Shown piece after piece: positions 36,563-44,456 of a DNA stretch of 64,000 nucleotides. The DNA is from Brevinematales bacterium. Its GTDB lineage: Bacteria > Spirochaetota > Brevinematia > Brevinematales > JAOACQ01. The first letter of the stretch is position 1. Every line of letters starts with the position of its first letter. The notes beneath the pieces were generated by a model. It did not search any database. It worked only from the letters and a program-made list of their open reading frames with translations, and was not told where the DNA came from. The stretch is taken from positions 8,822 through 72,821 of the forward strand of contig JAOACQ010000103.1 in the NCBI GenBank assembly GCA_026417755.1. The letters run 5' to 3'. The translations under genes and the position numbers were made by a program.

Positions 36563-37378
36563 TTAAAACCAAAAAGAAACTTTTATCCACAAAGAATAAT
36601 CATAAATTTTCTTTTCAAAAATTATCGGCAATAAAAATCCTAAACTAAATTTAAAAAATTTTCCAGTTTTTAAAGAATTTTCTAAATAAACCTCTAATGA
36701 ATCTGGATATAAAACATCTTTAGAAATATTGTAAGTATAGCTTAAAGAAACTTCCGGTAAGTATAAGAAAATAGTCTCATTAAACTTAAATAATTCTATT
36801 TCAACATCGGAATTTAAACTTAACTTTAAACGATCAAAACCCGGATTAAAACTTACAATCCCCTCATCAGAATAATTATCAACGCAATATAACAAATTAA
36901 GCCATAACATAAAAGGTTTAAGATAATAAGAAAAATTAAAACCAGGATAAAAACCAAAAGTTCCTCGCGAAAAAGGGAAAAATGAATACCTATTTCCCAT
37001 TATAAATTTATATGAATCCTCTTTTACAACACCTGTAGGAAACTTGATAAAGGTTAAAAAAGAAAACCTCCATAATTCAAAAAAATCTCTTTCAAGTAAA
37101 AACTTTGCATTAAGTTCCACATCTCCTATTATTCCCTCTCCTAAAAAAGAATTGAAAAATATATAGGGCAATCTGAAACCAATTAAAAATCTATCATTTA
37201 CTCCATAATCAAAAGAAAAATATGAAAAATTTAAGTTGTAATTACTCAAAAAAAAAGAATCAACTCCAAAAGAAGAACGAACCTCCCCATTATTAAGATA
37301 ATAAGGGGTTTCTTCATAAGAATATAAAAAAAGATTTGTCCAAATTATAAAGAAAAAGGAGAGCAAAAAAACTCTCAT
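36563..37378 (-). CDS. Putative outer-membrane beta-barrel protein
   Basis: 271 aa with a signal peptide. It is aromatic- and Gly-rich with alternating strands and ends in ...IKVSFWF. Confidence 0.5.
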   Translation of the reverse strand: MRVFLLSFFFIIWTNLFLYSYEETPYYLNNGEVRSSFGVDSFFLSNYNLNFSYFSFDYGVNDRFLIGFRLPYIFFNSFLGEGIIGDVELNAKFLLERDFFELWRFSFLTFIKFPTGVVKEDSYKFIMGNRYSFFPFSRGTFGFYPGFNFSYYLKPFMLWLNLLYCVDNYSDEGIVSFNPGFDRLKLSLNSDVEIELFKFNETIFLYLPEVSLSYTYNISKDVLYPDSLEVYLENSLKTGKFFKFSLGFLLPIIFEKKIYDYSLWIKVSFWF

Positions 37379-37395
37379 ACTCTCCTTATTCCTTT

Positions 37396-37752
37396 TTAAA
37401 CTTTAATATGTTGTTTTGCAATTTCGATATATTTAAGCATTGCAGATGGATCTTCTATACAAAGATTTGAAAGTGTTTTTCTATTTATAGCAACATTTGC
37501 CTTTCTTAAACCTTCTATAAACCTATTATAGTTTAAACCATGTTCCCTCACAAATGCATTTATTCTTACAATCCAGAGATTTCTGAAATCTCGCTTCCTA
37601 TTTTTCCTGTCAATAGTCGCATATCTTAAGGCATGCATTACTGCTTCTTTTGCAGCCTTAATTCTATTTTTTCTTGCACCATGATAACCCTTTGCTAATT
37701 TTAAAACCTTTTTTCTTCTCGCCCTACTTGCGACTGTATATCTTGCTCTCAT
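37396..37752 (-). CDS. rplT: 50S ribosomal protein L20
   Basis: 118 aa. MRARYTVASRARRKKVLKLAKGY... is canonical L20. Confidence 0.95.
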   Translation of the reverse strand: MRARYTVASRARRKKVLKLAKGYHGARKNRIKAAKEAVMHALRYATIDRKNRKRDFRNLWIVRINAFVREHGLNYNRFIEGLRKANVAINRKTLSNLCIEDPSAMLKYIEIAKQHIKV

Positions 37753-37772
37753 TTCATTCCTCCTTTAAAATA

Positions 37773-37970
37773 TTAAGCGTATGGCAGCATCCTTTTGATT
37801 CTATAAACATCCCCGCTGAAAACTACCTCTTTACCTGAAAGATTTCTTTTATTCTTTCGCGACTTATGAGTTAATAAGTGCCTTTTATAAGCCTTATTCC
37901 TCATGATTTTTCCTCCACCAGAAACACTAAACCTTTTTGCAGCTGATTTATGTGTCTTTATTTTTGGCAT
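37773..37970 (-). CDS. rpmI: 50S ribosomal protein L35
   Basis: MPKIKTHKSAAKRF... is a canonical L35 N-terminus. ATG at 37970 with GGAGG 6 nt upstream. The track ORF is over-extended to 38018. Confidence 0.9.
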   Translation of the reverse strand: MPKIKTHKSAAKRFSVSGGGKIMRNKAYKRHLLTHKSRKNKRNLSGKEVVFSGDVYRIKRMLPYA

Positions 37971-37986
37971 AAAATTCCTCCAAAAT

Positions 37987-38508
37987 TTATTTTTTCTGTT
38001 TTGCTGGTCCCAAAACAAGGGTTATATTTTTACCTTCCATTTTAGCCGGTTTCTCAACAACACAACTTCCTGCAAGCTCATTAACAACCTTTTCAGTAAG
38101 TTGAAAACCTAGATCTATATGGGACAACTCTCTCCCTCTGAATCTTACAGTTATTTTCACCTTATCGCCTTTTGTAAGAAACTCTTTCATCTGTTCAATT
38201 CTGTAAGCAAAATCATGATTATCAATCCAGGGTCTTAACTTAAACTCTTTAATTTCTACAACTTTCTGTTTCTTCTTTGCTTCTTTTGCCTTCTTCTCCT
38301 TTTGATAGAGAAACTTACCATAGTCAATAAGTCTACATACAGGAGGCTCAGCATTAGGAGAAACCTCCACAAGATCAACTCCAAGTTCTTCAGCTTTTTG
38401 TAAAGCCTCTTTAATAGAAAGAACTCCAAGCTGCTCTCCATCCTCCCCAATCACTCTCACCTCTTTAGATTTAATTTCTTCATTAACTCTGTAATTTTCG
38501 GTAGCTAT
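37987..38508 (-). CDS. infC: Translation initiation factor IF-3 (non-canonical ATA start)
   Basis: The conserved IF-3 N-terminus RVNEEIKSKEVRVIGEDGEQLGV extends upstream of the track's GTG (38460). The only in-frame start candidate upstream of that block and after the in-frame TAA is ATA at 38506-38508, 5 nt after AAGGAGG (38514-38520). This gives 174 codons. Confidence 0.85.
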   Translation of the reverse strand: MATENYRVNEEIKSKEVRVIGEDGEQLGVLSIKEALQKAEELGVDLVEVSPNAEPPVCRLIDYGKFLYQKEKKAKEAKKKQKVVEIKEFKLRPWIDNHDFAYRIEQMKEFLTKGDKVKITVRFRGRELSHIDLGFQLTEKVVNELAGSCVVEKPAKMEGKNITLVLGPAKQKK

Positions 38509-38539
38509 AAATTCCTCCTTAAAATTTTTACATTATATT

Positions 38540-40435
38540 TTACAATCTCTTTTGATTTTCTTCAACTATCTTCTTTAAAATTTCTTCCCATTTATGAAGT
38601 CCTTCTTCTCCCCTATCCCTATGTCTTATTGAAACACTGTTTGTAGAGGCTTCCTTCTCACCCACAACGAACATATAAGGAATTTTTAACATTTGTGCAC
38701 TTCTTATCTTATATCCAAGTTTTTCGTTACTTAAATCAATCTCGCTTCTTATCTTTGCCTTTCTTAAATGATTATTGATATCAATCGCATACGAATTAAA
38801 TTTGTCTGACACTGGGATTATAACTACCTGCAAAGGTGAAAGCCAGAGGGGAAATTTTCCTCCATAATGCTCTATAAGTATCCCCATAAATCTCTCAATA
38901 CTTCCAAGAACAGCTCTATGAAGCATAATGACCCTGTGTTCTTTACCATCATCACCAATATAAGTTAAATCAAATCTTTCAGGTAAGTTCATATCAAGCT
39001 GTATAGTTCCACACTGGTGTGTTCTTCCTATCGCATCTTTAAGATGAAAATCTATTTTAGGCCCATAAAAAGCTCCATCACCTTCATTTATCTTATAATT
39101 TAACCCAAGCTCATCAAGTGCGTTTTTAAGCCCACTGGTTGCTATTTCCCACTGTTCATCTGTTCCCATAGATTTCTCAGGTCTTGTAGATAATTCAAGA
39201 CTATACTCAAAACCAAAGGTTTTATAAACCTCATCAATAAGTTGCAAGAGCTCTATAACGCTTGACTGTAAAGCCTCTGGAGAGGTAAAAATATGTGCAT
39301 CATCCTGCGTAAAACCCCTAACCCTGAAAAGGCCTTGAAGAACACCACTTCTCTCATATCTATGAACTTTTCCAAATTCCGCAATCTTAAGTGGTAACTC
39401 TCTATAAGAATGAATACTTTCTTTATAATAAAGTATACCTCCTGGGCAATTCATTGGCTTAATAGCATAAACTTCCTCATCCTTTTCGGTGAAAAACATA
39501 TTTTCTCTGTAATTATCATAATGCCCGGATTGTTTCCATAATTCAACTCTCAACATAGTCGGTGTTTCTATCTCAATATAATTTCTTTCACGATGTTTTT
39601 CCCTCATAAACTCAATAAGTAAATTTTTAAAAATTAAACCTTTTGGTTTCCAGAAAGGTAATCCCGGTCCTTCGTCATGAAAACTGAACAATTCAAGTTC
39701 TTTGCCAAGTTTCCTGTGATCTCTTTTTTTTGCTTCCTCAAGATTGTTAAGGTAAGTATTTAAACTCTCTTTATCAGAAAAAGCTGTCCCATAAACTCTT
39801 GTCATCGAATCATTCTTCTCATTTCCTCTCCAGTAAGCTCCAGAAACGCTTAACAACTTAAATGCCTTAAGCATTCCGGTAAAAGGCAAATGTGGCCCTC
39901 TACACAGATCAAAAAAATCCCCCTGTTTGTAAATAGAAACTTTATCACCTTCGATCTCTTCTATCAATTCAAGTTTATACTTCTGACCAGCCTTTTTGAA
40001 TAGAGTCTTTGCCTCTTCTTTTGATAACTCTTCCCTCACTATTGGCAGATTTTCAGCTACAATCTTTTTCATCTCTTCTTCTATTCTTTGAAGATCTTCC
40101 TCTGAAATTTTAGCCTCTGTAACTACATCATAATAAAATCCATCTTTAATAGCTGGCCCAACTCCAAACTTAGCATCAGGATAAATTCTTAAAATAGCCT
40201 GAGCCATAATATGAGAAGCTGAGTGTCTTAAAATCTCTAAACCCTCTTCACTATCAGAAGAAATAAAATTTAATTCACCACTACAATCTATCTCTTTTGA
40301 AAGATCATAAAGCTCATTATTAAATCTTGCGGCCACAATTTTGCTTTTTTGTATATCAAGAAGTTTTAATATTTCATATATTTTAACCGGTTTTTCAAAT
40401 TCAACACTCTTATCTAATAATTTAACACTAAACAT
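38540..40435 (-). CDS. thrS: Threonine--tRNA ligase
   Basis: 631 aa with TGS, editing (HSASHIMAQA), class II catalytic (FRVRGFTQDDAHIF, GTIQLD) and anticodon-binding domains. Confidence 0.95.
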   Translation of the reverse strand: MFSVKLLDKSVEFEKPVKIYEILKLLDIQKSKIVAARFNNELYDLSKEIDCSGELNFISSDSEEGLEILRHSASHIMAQAILRIYPDAKFGVGPAIKDGFYYDVVTEAKISEEDLQRIEEEMKKIVAENLPIVREELSKEEAKTLFKKAGQKYKLELIEEIEGDKVSIYKQGDFFDLCRGPHLPFTGMLKAFKLLSVSGAYWRGNEKNDSMTRVYGTAFSDKESLNTYLNNLEEAKKRDHRKLGKELELFSFHDEGPGLPFWKPKGLIFKNLLIEFMREKHRERNYIEIETPTMLRVELWKQSGHYDNYRENMFFTEKDEEVYAIKPMNCPGGILYYKESIHSYRELPLKIAEFGKVHRYERSGVLQGLFRVRGFTQDDAHIFTSPEALQSSVIELLQLIDEVYKTFGFEYSLELSTRPEKSMGTDEQWEIATSGLKNALDELGLNYKINEGDGAFYGPKIDFHLKDAIGRTHQCGTIQLDMNLPERFDLTYIGDDGKEHRVIMLHRAVLGSIERFMGILIEHYGGKFPLWLSPLQVVIIPVSDKFNSYAIDINNHLRKAKIRSEIDLSNEKLGYKIRSAQMLKIPYMFVVGEKEASTNSVSIRHRDRGEEGLHKWEEILKKIVEENQKRL

Positions 40436-40469
40436 ATTTTTCTCCGAAAAGTAAAAAACATAATTTTTA

Positions 40470-40498
40470 ATTATAACAAAAAATAGAAAAAAAGTAAA
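40470..40498 (-). promoter_or_regulatory. Candidate extended -10 promoter for thrS (TTTACT-17-TGTTATAAT)
   Basis: On the minus strand, TATAAT is at 40475-40470 and is preceded by TGT. TTTACT is at 40498-40493. Confidence 0.35.
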
Positions 40499-40569
40499 AT
40501 TAATTCAATGTAAAATCAAAAGTTGAGTATAATAATTTTTTACTTTATAATAAATACAGGAGTTTAAAT

Positions 40570-42066
40570 ATGAATATAAAAAATGAAATAACAAATTATA
40601 TTAAAGAAAAAGAGATAAATTTCGCTTTTGTTTCCTATCTTTGTAATCTTTACGAAGTATCGAAAGTCTCAAAAGAAATAGCAAAAAACATCGTCCTTGA
40701 ACTAGAATCACAAAGAAGTAATCTTAAATTAATAGCAAGCGAAAACTATTCATCCCTTGCAACACAGCTTGCTATGGGCAACCTACTTACAGATAAATAT
40801 GCAGAGGGGTATCCATTCCATAGATTTTACGCTGGCTGTGAAAATGTGGACGAAATAGAAAATATAGCTGTAGAAGAAGCAAAAAAACTTTTTGGTGCAG
40901 AGCATGCCTATGTTCAGCCTCATAGTGGAGCTGATGCAAATATGGTTGCTTATTGGGCAATTCTTTCAACACGTATCGAAGTTCCAGTGCTTAAAAAACT
41001 TGGAGAAACAAACCTTTCAAAGTTAAACCAATCAGATTGGGAAAATTTAAGAAAAGAAATGAGCAATCAAAGACTTTTAGGTTTAGACTATTACTCTGGT
41101 GGGCATTTGACTCACGGCTACAGAAATAATGTCTCTGCGAGAATGTTTGAAGCCTATTCTTACTCTGTGAATAAAGAAACTGGCTTACTTGATTATGATG
41201 AAATAGAAAAAATAGCTAAAGAAGTAAAACCTTTAATTCTACTTGCTGGTTACAGTGCTTACCCACGCAAAATCAACTTTAAGAAAATGAAAGAAATAGC
41301 TGATAAGGTTGGTGCAGTATTAATGGTTGACATGGCTCATTTTGCGGGGCTAGTTGCCGGTGGTGTCTTCAGTGGAGAATATAATCCTGTGATTTATGCA
41401 GATGTTGTAACTACAACAACTCACAAAACCCTAAGAGGCCCAAGAGGTGGTCTTGTTCTCTGCAAAAAAGAGTTTGCCGAAGCAGTAGATAAAGGTTGCC
41501 CTCTTGTTCTTGGTGGTCCACTACCACATGTTATGGCAGCAAAAGCAGTCGCATTAAAAGAGGCTAATTCACCTGAATTTAAGTCCTATGCAAAAAAGAT
41601 AGTCGAAAATTCTCAGACACTTGCACAGGAATGTATAAATCTTGGAATGAAAGTAGCTACAGGAGGAACTGATAACCATCTTTTCCTCATAGATGTTTCA
41701 AGTTTTGCTCTTACTGGAAGACAGGCAGAAAGTGCTTTGAGAGAGTGCGGAATAACGCTAAACAGAAATTCACTACCATTTGATCCAAATGGTCCTTGGT
41801 ATACTAGTGGCCTAAGGATTGGAACACCCGCAATTACAACACTTGGTATGGGCAAAGAAGAAATGAAGGAAATAGCTTCAATAATAAAGATGGTTCTCGA
41901 TAATGTGAAACCTTTGGTAGTAAATGGAGAAAAAAGTAAGGCAAAATATGAACTAAACGAAACCGTTAAAAAAGAAGCCAAAGAGAAAGTCAAAAAACTT
42001 TTATCACAATACCCTGTTTATCCTGAACTCGATCTTGAAATTATGAAAAAGTTATTTATTCAATAA
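40570..42066 (+). CDS. glyA: Serine hydroxymethyltransferase (long form)
   Basis: 498 aa containing LIASENY, SGGHLTHG and TTTTHKTLRGPRGG (PLP lysine). It has N-terminal, internal and C-terminal extensions relative to the usual ~415-aa enzyme. Confidence 0.9.
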   Translation: MNIKNEITNYIKEKEINFAFVSYLCNLYEVSKVSKEIAKNIVLELESQRSNLKLIASENYSSLATQLAMGNLLTDKYAEGYPFHRFYAGCENVDEIENIAVEEAKKLFGAEHAYVQPHSGADANMVAYWAILSTRIEVPVLKKLGETNLSKLNQSDWENLRKEMSNQRLLGLDYYSGGHLTHGYRNNVSARMFEAYSYSVNKETGLLDYDEIEKIAKEVKPLILLAGYSAYPRKINFKKMKEIADKVGAVLMVDMAHFAGLVAGGVFSGEYNPVIYADVVTTTTHKTLRGPRGGLVLCKKEFAEAVDKGCPLVLGGPLPHVMAAKAVALKEANSPEFKSYAKKIVENSQTLAQECINLGMKVATGGTDNHLFLIDVSSFALTGRQAESALRECGITLNRNSLPFDPNGPWYTSGLRIGTPAITTLGMGKEEMKEIASIIKMVLDNVKPLVVNGEKSKAKYELNETVKKEAKEKVKKLLSQYPVYPELDLEIMKKLFIQ

Positions 42067-42327
42067 ATGGTTTAAACAACAAAATTCTGACTTAATATTA
42101 AACCGAAAAAGTCTTTTTTATCCAAAAATTTCAGGATTTTTATAATTAAGTCATTCAGCATATTACAGGATAAATTTATTTTTTATTCTGGGAATTTTTA
42201 ATGTTCAAGGTTTTTTAGTAATATATCCCCCCTAATAGATTCAGAATATTTGACTTATACCTTTTTCTGAACCTTAAACAATTAACCAAAGAAAAATCTC
42301 TTTCATTAAATTTTCAGCCATAAATTT

Positions 42328-42356
42328 TTGATTAATAAAATTTTTTAATTTATAAT
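42328..42356 (+). promoter_or_regulatory. Sigma70-type promoter TTGATT-17-TATAAT; -10 ends 6 nt before the ATG (leaderless candidate)
   Basis: TTGATT at 42328-42333, 17-nt spacer, TATAAT at 42351-42356, ATG at 42363. No SD is present. Confidence 0.45.
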
Positions 42357-42362
42357 CTCTAT

Positions 42363-42671
42363 ATGAATATCAGACTTTCAGAAACTCAAATAAAAACTAT
42401 TAAACAAGTAGTCAAAGATATAGCCGGTTCTGAGGCAAAAACCTACTTATTTGGAAGCAGGACAGACTTAAATAGTAAAGGTGGAGATATAGATATTCTA
42501 ATATTACTACCACCAAAATTATCTGATGAATATATCTTTCAGCTAAAATTGGAGTTACTTAAAGGTTTTTATAAAACATTAGGAGAAAGAAAGATTGATT
42601 TACTTATAGTATCTGGTAAACCCAAAACAGAAATAGAAAAAATTGCGATAGAAAAGGGGGTAATATTATGA
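42363..42671 (+). CDS. mntA: Minimal nucleotidyltransferase (MNT) antitoxin, MntA-like
   Basis: 102 aa with the NTase motif LFGSRTD-x7-GGDIDILI (GS-x(n)-DxD). ATGA overlap with the downstream HEPN gene. Confidence 0.75.
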   Translation: MNIRLSETQIKTIKQVVKDIAGSEAKTYLFGSRTDLNSKGGDIDILILLPPKLSDEYIFQLKLELLKGFYKTLGERKIDLLIVSGKPKTEIEKIAIEKGVIL

Positions 42672-43120
42672 AAGATATACTTCTTAAGTATAAAAGTTAC
42701 CTTTCTGAATGTTCAAAACACCTTTCTATTCTGAAAAATAATTTTGAAAAAATTTCAAATTATCTTCCAATTAATCAGGATAAAATAAATGAGCTATATA
42801 ATAATGAAGAAACTCTTTCAATACTTGATCAAATAGCTTACAGATATATAAAAATTCAGGATACTATTGGGAAATTAATAAGAGTTTATCTTTTTCTTAA
42901 AGGTGAAGATATTAATGAAAAAGCAATGATAGATATTATAAATATCGGAGAAAAAATAGGAATTCCAATAGACGAAGAATTATGGCTAAAAATGAGAGTA
43001 ATTAGAAATATGATAACCCACGAATATCCTGAAAGTTTACAGGATATAGCAAAGTCAATAAACGAAGTCCACAAACTATTACCAAAATTTATTAAATTAT
43101 TTGAATTTTTAAGTAAATAA
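42668..43120 (+). CDS. hepT: HEPN-domain toxin, HepT (DUF86)-like
   Basis: 150 aa, helical, with the C-terminal RNMITHEY motif matching HEPN Rx4H / HepT RNxxxHxY. Confidence 0.7.
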   Translation: MKDILLKYKSYLSECSKHLSILKNNFEKISNYLPINQDKINELYNNEETLSILDQIAYRYIKIQDTIGKLIRVYLFLKGEDINEKAMIDIINIGEKIGIPIDEELWLKMRVIRNMITHEYPESLQDIAKSINEVHKLLPKFIKLFEFLSK

Positions 43121-43345
43121 AACTTTACAATCAGTAAAACAAATCTTATCAATAAATTTATTTAAACCAGTAAAACCAACTTTATTCTCCCAAATAAGTT
43201 AAACAAACAAAGAAAACAAAGGTTGAAAATGTTTTAATTTTTAAAATTAAAAAATTAACAAAAAACTAAACATCTATTTAATTTTTTTTAATCAAAATTT
43301 AACCAAAAAGTTCCATAATTATTAAAAATTTTTAGGAGGGTTACT

Positions 43346-44296
43346 ATGTTAAAGAAAATTGTATTTTCGATTTTGTTAGTCGGTTTGCTTTTTAATACAG
43401 TTTTTTCAGAAACAAAGAAACCAACAAAGAAAGAAAAAGCAAAACTCGGCAAATTAATGCCAACAAAAGAACTTATAATGGGTGTTGTCCCCGCTGAGGA
43501 CCCAACTGTAATGATGGAAAGACAAAAACCATTGGTAGAATATCTATCAAATGTTCTCAAAAGACCAATTAAGACCTTTATAGCAACTGACTATACAGGT
43601 GTAGTCGAAGCTATGAGAGCCGGAAAAGTTCATTTTGCATGGTTTGGACCATTTTCTTACGTAATGGCTGCAGAAAGAGCTGATGCTGTACCTCTTGCTG
43701 TTCCTATTAAAGATGATGGTAGGTCTGTATATCGTTCCTACATAACTACTTCTGCAGAAATTGCCAAAAATCTTGGTATTACAGAGCCATTAAGAGGAGA
43801 AGAAGGAATGAAAAAACTTGTTGAAAAACTTCAGCCTTTCAAGAAGAAATACACCTTAACTTTCACAGACCCTGCTTCAACTTCTGGCTATGCTGTTCCA
43901 AGATTTTTTATGCACAAGGCTGGGATAAAACCAGAAGACCTATTTAAAAAAATAGGTTATATAGGTGCCCATGATGCAGGGCAGCTTGCTGTAAAACATA
44001 AAATTCTTGATTTTGCGGCTTGCTGGGATAAAACATATGAAGATATGCTAAGAGATGGAAAAATTGACACAAACAGCAATATGTTAATCTGGATATCCGA
44101 TGAAATTCCAGAATCCCCTATTGCTTATAGAAGAGATTTACCAAAAGATATTCTTGAGCCTTTAAAAGAAGCAATTGTCAATATGCCTGAAAATATTGCT
44201 AGAATTCAGGGTTCTACATATAAAGGCTATAGATTAGTTAAAGAGGAAGATTTTAAAGTTATCGTAGAAATAAAACAGGTGCTTGATAACCTATAA
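43346..44296 (+). CDS. phnD: Phosphonate ABC transporter substrate-binding protein
   Basis: 316 aa with a signal peptide. It contains the PhnD-type blocks GVVPAEDP, FAWFGPFSYV, TFTDPASTSGY and IPESPIAYR. Confidence 0.85.
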   Translation: MLKKIVFSILLVGLLFNTVFSETKKPTKKEKAKLGKLMPTKELIMGVVPAEDPTVMMERQKPLVEYLSNVLKRPIKTFIATDYTGVVEAMRAGKVHFAWFGPFSYVMAAERADAVPLAVPIKDDGRSVYRSYITTSAEIAKNLGITEPLRGEEGMKKLVEKLQPFKKKYTLTFTDPASTSGYAVPRFFMHKAGIKPEDLFKKIGYIGAHDAGQLAVKHKILDFAACWDKTYEDMLRDGKIDTNSNMLIWISDEIPESPIAYRRDLPKDILEPLKEAIVNMPENIARIQGSTYKGYRLVKEEDFKVIVEIKQVLDNL

Positions 44297-44307
44297 AAAA
44301 ATATAAT

Positions 44308-44433
44308 GTTGGGACTATCCAAAAAGGCACTCTTTAGGAAGATTGTTTCGTTAATTCTATCGGCAACAAAAAAACTTCCTAAAAGTCGAAATAATCTCAA
44401 AGAGTGAAAAACTACTCTTTGGACAGTCCCAAC
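44308..44433 (+). repeat. 126-nt intercistronic inverted repeat / extended stem-loop (REP- or MITE-like) between phnD and phnC
   Basis: Outer arms GTTGGGACTATCCAAA (44308-44323) and TTTGGACAGTCCCAAC (44418-44433) pair at 15 of 16 positions. Nested helices are CACTCTTT/AAAGAGTG (44328-35 / 44399-406) and AGGAAG/CTTCCT (44336-41 / 44375-80). No T-run follows. Confidence 0.55.
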
Positions 44434-44456
44434 AAAAAGATAATGGGAGGTAGAAA

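Noticed and set aside
42072-42161. 29-codon minus-strand ORF (MLNDLIIKILKFLDKKDFFGLILSQNFVV) in the glyA-mntA spacer
   Set aside because: It has no SD or promoter and is short and AT-driven. It is indistinguishable from chance.
43132-43176. Direct repeat CAGTAAAAC ... CAGTAAAAC (36-nt spacing) upstream of phnD as a possible Pho-box-like site
   Set aside because: There are only two 9-mers in AT-rich DNA. The spacing does not match known Pho boxes, and the repeats lie ~170 nt from the phnD start with no clear promoter. The evidence is too weak to call.
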